Positions 1 to 8,142 of a DNA stretch of 36,062 bases are shown here, one piece after another. Each line of letters begins with the position of its first letter. Position 1 is the first letter of the stretch. The translations under genes and the position numbers were made by a program. The DNA is from Burkholderiales bacterium. Its GTDB lineage: Bacteria > Pseudomonadota > Gammaproteobacteria > Burkholderiales > SG8-41. The DNA lies in contig SYEN01000232.1 of assembly GCA_005800795.1 (NCBI GenBank), positions 1 to 36,062 on the forward strand, given 5' to 3'. The notes under the pieces are model-generated. The model was not told where the DNA came from and did not search any database. It saw nothing but the letters and a program-made list of their open reading frames with translations.

Positions 1-1007
1 GCGGCATGCACTGCCTGAAGTACGGACTGACGGTGCATAATATTCTGAAGCTGCGCGCGTATACGGTTGAGGGCGAATTGCTCGAAATCGGCGGCGATGG
101 GTTGGATGCCGCCGGTTACGATCTGCTGGCGCTGCTCACCGGCTCCGAGGGGCTGCTGGCGGTGATCACCAAAATCACCGTCAAGCTGCTGCCCAAGCCG
201 CAGCGCGCGCAATGCGTGCTGGCGGCTTTTGATGACCTGGTAAAGGCCGGGCAGGCCGTGGCCAATATCATCGCCGCCGGCATCATCCCTGCTGGGCTTG
301 AAATGATGGACAAAATCACCACTGGCGCAGTGGAACCCTTCGTCAATGCCGGTTATCCGCTGGATGCGGAAGCGATTTTGCTGTGCGAGTCCGACGGCAC
401 TCCGGAGGAAGTCGCCGACGAGATCAAGCGCATGAAAGCCGTGATGCAGGCCAGCGGCGCGACTGAAGTGCGCGTGTCGCAAGACGAAACTGAGCGAGTC
501 CGGTTTTGGGCCGGGCGCAAGAATGCCTTTCCTGCGGCGGGCCGCTTGTCGCCGGATTATTACTGCATGGACGGCACCATCCCGAAGCGCGCGCTGCCGC
601 AAGTGCTCACCGCCATCGCCGACTTGTCAAAAGAGTACGGCCTGCGCTGCATGAACGTGTTTCACGCTGGCGACGGTAATTTGCATCCGCTGATTTTGTA
701 TGACGCCAACCAGCCAGGGGAGCTTGCGCGCACCGAAGAATTTGGCGCAAAGATTCTAAAACTGTCGATCGACGTCGGCGGCACCATCACCGGCGAACAC
801 GGCGTAGGCGTGGAAAAAATCGATTCCATGTGCGACCAGTTTCGTGCGCCGGAACTGGCGATATTTCACGCAGTGAAGCAGGCGTTTGACGCAGGCGGGC
901 AACTGAACCCCGGCAAGGCGGTGCCCACGCTGCACCGCTGCGCGGAGATGGGGCGCATGCATGTGCATGCGGGCGAGGAGAAGTTTCCCGAGTTGCCTCG
1001 GTTTTAG
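1..1007 (+). CDS. glcD: Glycolate oxidase FAD-linked subunit GlcD, 5' end cut by the window edge
   Basis: The frame of ORF 6..1007 stays open to position 1. The translation is the C-terminal part of an FAD-linked oxidase (GEHGVGVEK, LNPGKAV). glcE- and glcF-like genes follow in the E. coli glcDEF order. Confidence 0.85.
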   Translation, partial: GMHCLKYGLTVHNILKLRAYTVEGELLEIGGDGLDAAGYDLLALLTGSEGLLAVITKITVKLLPKPQRAQCVLAAFDDLVKAGQAVANIIAAGIIPAGLEMMDKITTGAVEPFVNAGYPLDAEAILLCESDGTPEEVADEIKRMKAVMQASGATEVRVSQDETERVRFWAGRKNAFPAAGRLSPDYYCMDGTIPKRALPQVLTAIADLSKEYGLRCMNVFHAGDGNLHPLILYDANQPGELARTEEFGAKILKLSIDVGGTITGEHGVGVEKIDSMCDQFRAPELAIFHAVKQAFDAGGQLNPGKAVPTLHRCAEMGRMHVHAGEEKFPELPRF

Positions 1008-1065
1008 TTGCGCCGTAGCCCACCACCAAGCCTCTATCGTGTCCACAAAACACAGTCACCCGACA

Positions 1066-1175
1066 CCGTCGTTCCCGCGCAGGCGGGAACCCATAACACA
1101 GTGTCACTTGAGGGCAAACTACCCCCATCCTACCTTCACCAAGGATGGGGATACCCGCCTGCGCGGGAATGACGG
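1066..1175. repeat. REP-like inverted doublet in the glcD-glcE spacer
   Basis: ccgtcgttcccgcgcaggcgggaac (1066-1090; 8-bp stem 1071-1078/1083-1090) and its inverted copy gatacccgcctgcgcgggaatgacgg (1150-1175) flank a third hairpin, ccccatcc/ggatgggg (1123-1130/1143-1150). Spurious ORFs across it read VIPAQAGIP, the usual translation artefact of this repeat class. Confidence 0.8.
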
Positions 1176-1202
1176 TATTTGTTTGCAACGGGTTTCTTAC
1201 TG

Positions 1203-2327
1203 ATGGAAGGCGTTGCAAATCAGCTTGCGGAAACCATCCGCGAGGCAAGCACAAATAAAACACCACTTCGAATAGTTGGCGGCGGCACCAAAGATTTCTA
1301 CGGCAATCCAACCACCGGTGAATTGTTGTGCACCAGCTCCTACCGCGGCATCGTCGATTACGAACCCACGGAGCTGGTGATTACCGCGCGCGCTGGTACG
1401 CCGCTGGCCGAAATTGAATCAACCTTGAAGGACAAGGGACAGATGCTGGCGTTTGAGCCACCGCATTTTTCTAAAGGCTTTCCCTCACCCCTAACCCCTC
1501 TCCCGGCGGGAGAGGGGAACAGTACGCTCGGCGGAACCATCGCCGCCGGACTGTCAGGCCCGCGCCGCCCCTACGCGGGCGCGGTGCGCGATCTGGTGCT
1601 GGGCGTTCGTATTCTCGACGGCACCGGCGCTGATTTGCGCTTTGGCGGACAAGTGATGAAGAACGTCGCGGGCTTTGATGTGTCGCGATTGATGGCAGGT
1701 GCAATGGGCACACTCGGCGTGATTCTCGAAGTGTCGCTGAAAACCCTGCCGCTGCCGCCTGCTGAGATCACGCTGCATCAACAGTGTAACGAAGCTGACG
1801 CCCTGCGCCTGATGAACGAGTGGGCCGGTCAGCCGTTGCCGGTTTCCGCAACGTGCTGGACGCATGGCGATTTGCGCATACGCCTGTCAGGTGCCGCCAG
1901 TGCCGTGGAAGCCGCGCGCAAGAAGCTAGGCGGCACTGTGGTGGATGCACCTCTGGCCAGCACACTCTGGAAAGGTGTGCGCGATCACACGGATGCGTAT
2001 TTCACCCGCAGCGGTGCGCTGTGGCGACTGTCGGTGAAATCGTCCGCGCCGGTAATCGTGCTGCCCGGCGTGCAGCGCCTGGAGTGGAGCGGCGCGCTGC
2101 GCTGGCTGCAAACTGATGCCAGTGCTGTGGCCGTGCGCGACGCCGCACAGAAGGCAGGCGGACACGCGACACTGTTTCGTTTGGATGACCACAGCGATGC
2201 CCTACGCAAAAATGGTGGCGTGTTTCATCCGCTATCGCCCGCGCTCGCCGCGATTCATCGCAAACTGAAACAGACCTTCGATCCGGTAGGCATACTGAAT
2301 CCTGGCCGCCTTTACCTCGATATCTAA
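1203..2327 (+). CDS. glcE: Glycolate oxidase FAD-binding subunit GlcE
   Basis: The track ORF starts at TTG 1179, inside the REP element. ATG 1203 gives MEGVANQLAETIREASTNKTPLRIVGGG, which lines up with the E. coli GlcE N-terminus as I recall it. Motifs: GQVMKNVAGFDVSRLM, GGHATLFR, LNPGRLY. Confidence 0.85.
   Translation: MEGVANQLAETIREASTNKTPLRIVGGGTKDFYGNPTTGELLCTSSYRGIVDYEPTELVITARAGTPLAEIESTLKDKGQMLAFEPPHFSKGFPSPLTPLPAGEGNSTLGGTIAAGLSGPRRPYAGAVRDLVLGVRILDGTGADLRFGGQVMKNVAGFDVSRLMAGAMGTLGVILEVSLKTLPLPPAEITLHQQCNEADALRLMNEWAGQPLPVSATCWTHGDLRIRLSGAASAVEAARKKLGGTVVDAPLASTLWKGVRDHTDAYFTRSGALWRLSVKSSAPVIVLPGVQRLEWSGALRWLQTDASAVAVRDAAQKAGGHATLFRLDDHSDALRKNGGVFHPLSPALAAIHRKLKQTFDPVGILNPGRLYLDI
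1472..1522. repeat. Palindromic REP-type element embedded in frame in glcE
   Basis: tccctcacccctaacccctctcccggcgggagaggggaac contains the perfect palindrome cccctctcccg-g-cgggagagggg (1495-1517). It is translated as GFPSPLTPLPAGEGN, and on the opposite strand as SPAGRGVRGEG. Confidence 0.7.
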
Positions 2328-2330
2328 AAT

Positions 2331-2352
2331 ACCAATAAAAACAAATACTTAT
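2331..2352 (-). repeat. AT-rich motif family, copy a
   Basis: The reverse complement of accaataaaaacaaatacttat is ATAAGTATTTGTTTTTATTGGT, which matches the consensus GTAAGTATTTGTTTTTATTGAC. It lies 18 nt upstream of the glcF start, in opposite orientation. Confidence 0.6.
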
Positions 2353-2369
2353 AACTGCTACCCTACCCC

Positions 2370-3623
2370 GTGGAAACCCGACTCGCCGCCGTTATCAAGA
2401 ACACGCCGCAAGGCGCAGAGGCCGAAAGCATCCTGCGCAAGTGCGTGCACTGCGGCTTTTGCACAGCGACGTGCCCGACCTATCAATTGCTCGGTGACGA
2501 ACTCGACGGCCCTCGCGGGCGCATTTACCTCATCAAGCAAGTGCTGGAAGGCGCGCCTGCTACGGCCAAGACGCAGCTGCATCTGGACCGCTGCCTCACC
2601 TGCCGCTCGTGCGAAACCACTTGTCCGTCGGGCGTGCATTACAGCCGCCTGCTCGACATCGGACGTGCTGAAGTCGAAAAACAGGTTGGCCGCACGCCAG
2701 CAGATGCGCTCGGGCGCGTGGCGCTGCGCTCGGTGGTGCCGTTTGCAGGCGTATTTGGATCGCTACTTAAATTGGGACAACTCGCACGGCCTCTGCTGCC
2801 TGCCGCACTCAAGCAAAAAGTGCAGCCGCGTGCAGCCAGTGCAAAACCCTGGCCGAAAAACAATCATCCGCGCAAGATGCTGGTGCTCGAAGGCTGCGCT
2901 CAACCCAGCCTGTCACCCGCCACCAATGCGGCCGCCGCGCGCGTGCTCGACCGCCTGGGCATCACGCTGCTGCGTGCCCCGGACGTGCGCGGCGCCGGTT
3001 GCTGTGGCGCGCTGTCGTTTCACCTGAATGCGCAAGGCGAAGCGCTCGATTTCATGCGCAGGAACATTGACGCATGGTGGCCGCATCTTGAAGCGGGCGC
3101 GGAACAAATCGTTATCACCGCCAGCGGCTGCGGCGTGATGGTTAAAGACTACGAGCACGCTTTGCAGCACGATTCGGCTTATGCGGACAAAGCCCAACGC
3201 GTGTCGGAATTGGCCTGTGACATTAGCGATGTCATAGCCGCTGAGTCTGCCGGACTGCAGTCGCTCCTCGCACCGCACGCCTCACGCCTTAACAACAAAA
3301 TCGCGTTTCATGCCCCCTGCACCTTGCAACATGGCATGAAGAAAAAGGGCGCAGTCGAAGCACTGCTCACCGAACTGGGCTTTGAACTCACCCCGATAGC
3401 CGACGCCCATTTGTGCTGCGGTTCCGCGGGTACGTATTCGATTTTGCAGGCGGAACTCGCCCAACAGCTGCGCGCGAACAAAATCGCCGCGCTCGAATCG
3501 GGCATGCCCCACGAGATTGTCACCGCCAACATCGGCTGCCAATCCCATCTGCAGGCGGCGACCGAGTTGCCAGTACGGCATTGGATTGAACTGCTGGATG
3601 ACACAATGACAACGCCCGCATAA
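2370..3623 (+). CDS. glcF: Glycolate oxidase iron-sulfur subunit GlcF
   Basis: GTG start. Two 4Fe-4S motifs, CVHCGFCTATCP and CLTCRSCETTCP. Two CCG-type cysteine regions, CCGALSF and CCGSAGTY. The N-terminal ~60 aa are nearly collinear with E. coli GlcF as I recall it. Confidence 0.9.
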   Translation: METRLAAVIKNTPQGAEAESILRKCVHCGFCTATCPTYQLLGDELDGPRGRIYLIKQVLEGAPATAKTQLHLDRCLTCRSCETTCPSGVHYSRLLDIGRAEVEKQVGRTPADALGRVALRSVVPFAGVFGSLLKLGQLARPLLPAALKQKVQPRAASAKPWPKNNHPRKMLVLEGCAQPSLSPATNAAAARVLDRLGITLLRAPDVRGAGCCGALSFHLNAQGEALDFMRRNIDAWWPHLEAGAEQIVITASGCGVMVKDYEHALQHDSAYADKAQRVSELACDISDVIAAESAGLQSLLAPHASRLNNKIAFHAPCTLQHGMKKKGAVEALLTELGFELTPIADAHLCCGSAGTYSILQAELAQQLRANKIAALESGMPHEIVTANIGCQSHLQAATELPVRHWIELLDDTMTTPA

Positions 3624-3668
3624 GGCGGGCACGTTCTGTGGGCCCACCCTATTTCGCGACCCGATCAC

Positions 3669-5321
3669 GTGATTACAGAAACGAAACAGCAGAAACCGCG
3701 CACCATGCGACAACTCGCCAAGAACTACGACTTCATTATCGTCGGTGCCGGCAGCGCGGGCTGTGTGCTGGCCAACCGGCTGACCGAATCAGGACAGCAC
3801 CGTGTGTTGTTGCTCGAGGCCGGGCCAGACAGCCGTCATCCGTGGCTGCGCATTCCGTTGGGTTACGGCAAGCTCTTCACCGACCGGCGTTTCAACTGGT
3901 GCTACCAGACTGAGCCGCAACCACATTGCGCGGGCCGCAACATCGTTGCGCCGCGCGGGCGCGTGCTCGGCGGTTCGAGTTCGATCAACGGCCTCATTTA
4001 CATTCGTGGCCAGAAGCAGGATTTCGATCACTGGCGGCAATTGGGCAACACCGGCTGGGGCTTTGATGACGTATTGCCCTACTTTCGCAAAGCGGAAGAC
4101 AACGAGCGCGGCGCCGACGCATGGCATGGCGCGGGCGGCCCGCTCGGTGTGTCCGACTTGCGCGACCGCCACCCGCTGGCCGAGGCGTGGGTCGATGCCG
4201 CCGTGGAGTCCGGCTATCCGCGTAACGCGGATTTCAACGGTGCTACGCAGGAAGGCGCGGGCCTTTACCAGACGACAATGCGGCGCGGCGTGCGCAGTTC
4301 CACCGCCGCGGCCTACCTGGCACCGGTGCGCAACCTCGCCAATCTGCATGTGGTATCGGAAGCGCTGGCCACCCGCATTCTGTTCGAAGGTCGGCATGCG
4401 ACAGGCGTCGAATACACCGTTGGCGGCGTGAAACACGTCGCGCACGCCAACGTCGAGGTCATCGTAGCGGCCGGGGCATTTAACTCGCCGCAGCTTTTGC
4501 AACTTTCGGGGCTGGGTCCGGCAGATCTCATGAGGGCGCACGGCATCCCCGTGATCGCGGACTTGCCCGGCGTCGGCGCGGAACTCAGCGATCACTACTT
4601 CACCCGCATCATCCTGCGCGCGAAAGAGCCGCTGTCGCTCAACGATGCGGTGCGTCAATGGCATCGTGGCGCCGCGGCGGCGCTGCGCTACACCTTCCAG
4701 CGCCGCGGTTATTTCGCCATCCCCGCGATTTCGGCCGGCTGCTTTCTGCGCGCGCACCCCACCGCCGCCACACCCGACATTCAGGCGTCCCTCGGCCTCT
4801 ACTCAGTGCAGAACATCGGCGAGACCTTGCATCAGTTTTCCGGCGTCACTGCGGTGTGCTGCCTGCTACGTCCAGAGAGCAAAGGCAACGTGCGTATCCA
4901 GTCTGCCGATCCACAGCAGGCACCGGCGATCAACCCGAACTACCTGGCCTCCGAGAAAGACTGTGACACGATGATTCACGGCCTGCGCGCCGTGCGGCGC
5001 ATCCTGCAGGCACCTGCCATCAAACAGCACATCGCTGAGGAATTTGAGCCTGGGCCAGCTTGTGCCAGTGATGACGAACTGCTCGAGTATGCGCGTCAAC
5101 GCGGATCAACGGTCTACCACCCGGTCAGCACCTGCCGCATGGGGCAAGATGACACAGCGGTCGTCGACGCGCGTTTGCGCGTGCGCGGCTTTGCGGGCCT
5201 GCGCGTGATCGATGCATCCGTGATGCCGTCGCTGGTATCGGGCAATACCAACGCGGCGACTATCATGATTGCGGAAAAAGGTGCCCAAATGGTTCTTGAA
5301 GACGCGAAGGCACGAGCGTAG
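3669..5321 (+). CDS. GMC-family FAD oxidoreductase (choline/alcohol dehydrogenase-like)
   Basis: Motifs: [18 protein letters not shown] dinucleotide fold, [17 protein letters not shown] signature, and HPVSTCRMG in the C-terminal active-site region. The start is GTG 3669; ATG 3705 is an alternative and neither has a strong SD. Confidence 0.85.
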   Translation: MITETKQQKPRTMRQLAKNYDFIIVGAGSAGCVLANRLTESGQHRVLLLEAGPDSRHPWLRIPLGYGKLFTDRRFNWCYQTEPQPHCAGRNIVAPRGRVLGGSSSINGLIYIRGQKQDFDHWRQLGNTGWGFDDVLPYFRKAEDNERGADAWHGAGGPLGVSDLRDRHPLAEAWVDAAVESGYPRNADFNGATQEGAGLYQTTMRRGVRSSTAAAYLAPVRNLANLHVVSEALATRILFEGRHATGVEYTVGGVKHVAHANVEVIVAAGAFNSPQLLQLSGLGPADLMRAHGIPVIADLPGVGAELSDHYFTRIILRAKEPLSLNDAVRQWHRGAAAALRYTFQRRGYFAIPAISAGCFLRAHPTAATPDIQASLGLYSVQNIGETLHQFSGVTAVCCLLRPESKGNVRIQSADPQQAPAINPNYLASEKDCDTMIHGLRAVRRILQAPAIKQHIAEEFEPGPACASDDELLEYARQRGSTVYHPVSTCRMGQDDTAVVDARLRVRGFAGLRVIDASVMPSLVSGNTNAATIMIAEKGAQMVLEDAKARA

Positions 5322-5346
5322 TCAGCCCACGTTGTATGTTTGCACA

Positions 5347-5449
5347 GTACCTGGTACCGAACTTTAGGTGTACCGCCTAAGCCATTGAGGTACTAGTACT
5401 TTTCAGTACAGCGGCGTACTATCCCCCGAACTTCGGTACGGGGAGGTAC
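5347..5449. promoter_or_regulatory. Array of nine GTAC palindromes filling the methyltransferase leader
   Basis: GTAC starts at 5347, 5354, 5370, 5390, 5396, 5406, 5416, 5436 and 5446. The sites at 5396/5406/5416/5436/5446 share one 10-bp phase. The array includes GGTACC (5353-5358) and the 10-bp palindrome GTACTAGTAC (5390-5399). The last site sits between SD GGAGG (5442-5446) and ATG 5453. Confidence 0.6.
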
Positions 5450-5452
5450 ACG

Positions 5453-6688
5453 ATGCTCGGCTTTGAATCGGCACAGGCAACCGGTAGTCTGCGGGTTACC
5501 GGCACATCCATACTGACTAGGCGCGCGCGCGCGCGCGAGGTCGCCACTAAGGACATTCCCGTCTATCAGGGCGAGTTGTGGACGGCATTACAGCGGCAGG
5601 CCAGCAGCATCCACGAGATTTCCTACCGCGCGTGTTACAAGCCGCAACTGCCCGCGTATTTCATCGAGCGGCTTACCGAACCCGGCGACATGGTTTACGA
5701 CCCATTCAGCGGGCGCGGCACCACGGCTGTTGAGGCCGCGCTGCACGGTCGCTGTGTCATCGCCAACGACGTCAATCCGTTGTCGGCGATGCTCACGCAG
5801 CCGCGACTGGAATTGCCCTCGATTTTGCAAATCGAAACGCGGCTTGACACGTTGCGCTTCAAGGTAAAGCAACAACGCGATATCGATCTGTCGATGTTCT
5901 ACCACCGCGATACCGAACGCGAACTGCTGGCACTGCGCCGTTACCTTACCCTGCGGCGCGCGGACTACACCGAAGACGCCACAGACCGCTGGATACGCAT
6001 GGTGGCCACCAACCGGCTGACCGGACATTCTCCGGGATTCTTCTCCGTCTACACCCTGCCACCGAATCAGGCGGCCTCGCCCGAAAACCAGATAAAAATC
6101 AACGAGCGGCTGAAGCAAAAGCCCGGATATCGCGACGTACGCGAGCTGATCCTGAAAAAATCCCTGCAACTGCAAAGCAAACTCACCCCGCAACAGCGCG
6201 AAAAACTGAAAGCCGCCGCCGACAGTGCCACCTTCATGAACGACAGCGCCGCCAGCACGCTCGGCATTCCCACCGCAGCGGTCAAACTCACCGTGACCTC
6301 GCCGCCGTTTCTGGACGTGGTGCAATACGCCAAGGACAACTGGCTGCGCTGCTGGTTTAACGAACTCGATGCCGCCGATATCGCTGCGCGCATCACCATG
6401 AGCCGCACCGTATCGCATTGGTCCACCGCGATGCTCGACGTATTCCGCGAGCTGTATCGTGTGACCGCACCCAATGGCTGGGTGGCATTTGAAGTCGGCG
6501 AAGTGCGCGGCGGCAAAATCAAACTCGACGAGGTCGTCGCCCCCATCGGCATCGCAGCGGGATTCGCCTGTATGGCGGTGGCGATCAACACACAGAGGTT
6601 CACCAAAACCGCGAATATCTGGGGCGTTTCGAACAACAGCAAGGGTACTAACTCGAACCGGATTGTGCTGTTTCGCAAACCCGTGTAA
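5453..6688 (+). CDS. Solitary N4/N6-type DNA methyltransferase (motif I before motif IV)
   Basis: SD GGAGG lies 6 nt before the ATG. The AdoMet-binding motif DPFSGRGTT is at residues 83-91 (followed by AVEAALHGRCVIANDVNP). The catalytic motif TSPPF is at residues 282-286. No restriction-enzyme-like ORF is adjacent. Confidence 0.8.
   Translation: MLGFESAQATGSLRVTGTSILTRRARAREVATKDIPVYQGELWTALQRQASSIHEISYRACYKPQLPAYFIERLTEPGDMVYDPFSGRGTTAVEAALHGRCVIANDVNPLSAMLTQPRLELPSILQIETRLDTLRFKVKQQRDIDLSMFYHRDTERELLALRRYLTLRRADYTEDATDRWIRMVATNRLTGHSPGFFSVYTLPPNQAASPENQIKINERLKQKPGYRDVRELILKKSLQLQSKLTPQQREKLKAAADSATFMNDSAASTLGIPTAAVKLTVTSPPFLDVVQYAKDNWLRCWFNELDAADIAARITMSRTVSHWSTAMLDVFRELYRVTAPNGWVAFEVGEVRGGKIKLDEVVAPIGIAAGFACMAVAINTQRFTKTANIWGVSNNSKGTNSNRIVLFRKPV
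5521..5537. repeat. (GC)8 dinucleotide tract in the 5' part of the methyltransferase ORF
   Basis: gcgcgcgcgcgcgcgcg encodes RRARARE (codons 23-29) and lies upstream of the conserved methyltransferase core. Confidence 0.9.
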
Positions 6689-6723
6689 TAAGGCACCGGC
6701 TGGTCATCGCGCAAAAATACGCC

Positions 6724-8112
6724 CTAAAAAATATCCTTTAAAAACAGATACATATCATCCATTTCGTGCAGCAACGCCACGCGTTCGCGCAGTTGTTCAT
6801 ACTTCAGCTCATTCAACGGCCAGCGGCTCTGCAGAAAACAGTCGCGAAATTTGTCCTCGGCAGCTTGCGGTGAAATTGGGCGGCCCTCACTGCCCGCGAC
6901 ATCCTTGATGCGGCAGGACACCTCGCCATGGTTGCGTGTCTGCATACGCAACTCTACCGGCCCGCGTGTGCCGGTTTGCGTGGCATCCACTTTCACTACA
7001 ATTTTGCTCATGTGCACGGCAATGGCGGGATCGCGCGCCGCATCCGGCTGAATTTCGGCAAGGCCCAGCCGGCGGCGCACCAGCGCGCAGGCGATCGAGT
7101 AACGCAGATTGAATTGCGCGGCCACCTGCGCATCGCCGCTGGGGTCGTAATCCCCGCCGACAATGCGCTCGATATACGGTGTGATGGTGGCTTCCACCGA
7201 TAACACGTCATCGGGCTTGAGATCGTATTGATTGACCAGTTGCAGCGTGGCATCAATCGCCGTGTGATTGCAACCGCAACTCGGATACAGCTTGATGGTA
7301 GCCTGATCATTGTCAAAGCGCGTGCCGAGTTCGTGCAGCAGCACCGATGGATCGCCCGGCTGATACAGGGCATAGAAGCCGAATCTGCCTTCAATCACAT
7401 CCGGCGGCGCGGTGATGCCGCGTTGCGCGAGCAGCGCAGACTGCACGCCGGAGCGTGCGGCAAACGCCGCCAGCATGCGCTTGGCCAGCGAGGGTTGTAT
7501 GTTGGCTTGCTGTGTGCCCGATGCCTGCAAAAACGCCAGCCCCAGTGCGTGTTGCGTCTGCCCGACATCGAGCTTCAGCAAACGCGCGCAGGCCGCAGCC
7601 ACGCCAAACCCGGCCATTGCTGCCGTGTAATGAAAACCGCGATTCGGGTAAGCCGCAGCCGCGCCAAAGCGATGCGTAATGTCGCAACCCAGCACCAGCG
7701 CAGCCAGAAACTCCCGGCCCGAAGCATGCTGACGCTCGGCCATCGCCAGCACTGCCGGCAGCACGGCCACATAGGCATGTACCGCCACACCCAAACCAAT
7801 TGAGTCGTATTCGATGGCAGCGGCTGTTGTACTGTTAAGGAATGCCGCCGACGCTGCGGGCAGGCGCCCGCCAGAGCCACCAGCGCCAGCAGAAACACCG
7901 TATCCCCACACCGCGGCATCGGCACGTCCACCTTCTTCCGCCAGCATATCGAAGGTCTCACGGCACCCCGGCGCGTCCGCACCCGCCCACGCTGACGCGA
8001 GCGTATCCAGCATCAACAAACGAGCAGTGTCGAGATTGGCGGTGGGTATCGCCGCGAACGGCGTTTCTATCGCGTGCTGCGCCAACCGACCTGTGATGCT
8101 GCTCACGCCCAT
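6724..8112 (-). CDS. MmgE/PrpD-family protein (2-methylcitrate dehydratase-like)
   Basis: 462-aa ORF with the length and overall pattern of the MmgE/PrpD family (N-terminal LLMLDTLASAWAG, C-terminal PSCGCNHTAIDA region). Last gene of a minus-strand cluster. Confidence 0.7.
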   Translation of the reverse strand: MGVSSITGRLAQHAIETPFAAIPTANLDTARLLMLDTLASAWAGADAPGCRETFDMLAEEGGRADAAVWGYGVSAGAGGSGGRLPAASAAFLNSTTAAAIEYDSIGLGVAVHAYVAVLPAVLAMAERQHASGREFLAALVLGCDITHRFGAAAAYPNRGFHYTAAMAGFGVAAACARLLKLDVGQTQHALGLAFLQASGTQQANIQPSLAKRMLAAFAARSGVQSALLAQRGITAPPDVIEGRFGFYALYQPGDPSVLLHELGTRFDNDQATIKLYPSCGCNHTAIDATLQLVNQYDLKPDDVLSVEATITPYIERIVGGDYDPSGDAQVAAQFNLRYSIACALVRRRLGLAEIQPDAARDPAIAVHMSKIVVKVDATQTGTRGPVELRMQTRNHGEVSCRIKDVAGSEGRPISPQAAEDKFRDCFLQSRWPLNELKYEQLRERVALLHEMDDMYLFLKDIF

Positions 8113-8142
8113 CTGCGCGCGAACGTCAGGCTCCAGCGGGCT

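Noticed and set aside
787-1311. ORFs 787-1311(-) and 961-1203(+) spanning the glcD-glcE spacer
   Set aside because: They are read through the REP hairpins (VIPAQAGIP-type peptides), a known annotation artefact of this repeat class.
3614-3630. Hairpin gcccgc-ataag-gcgggc overlapping the glcF stop codon, considered as a terminator
   Set aside because: It has only a 6-bp stem and no T-run, so I do not call it an intrinsic terminator.
3789-4757. 322-aa minus-strand ORF
   Set aside because: It is antisense to the GMC oxidoreductase, whose motifs are unambiguous.
5390-5399. GTACTAGTAC resembles the E. coli TrpR operator half-sites (GTACTAG)
   Set aside because: It is only one short palindrome inside a much larger GTAC array, and no tryptophan genes are nearby. 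I keep it only as an alternative protein-binding explanation under the GTAC finding.
5322-6723. Complete restriction-modification or other defence system around the methyltransferase
   Set aside because: There is no endonuclease, specificity subunit, helicase or ATPase ORF on either side. The spacers are 131 bp and 35 bp, and the neighbours are metabolic genes.
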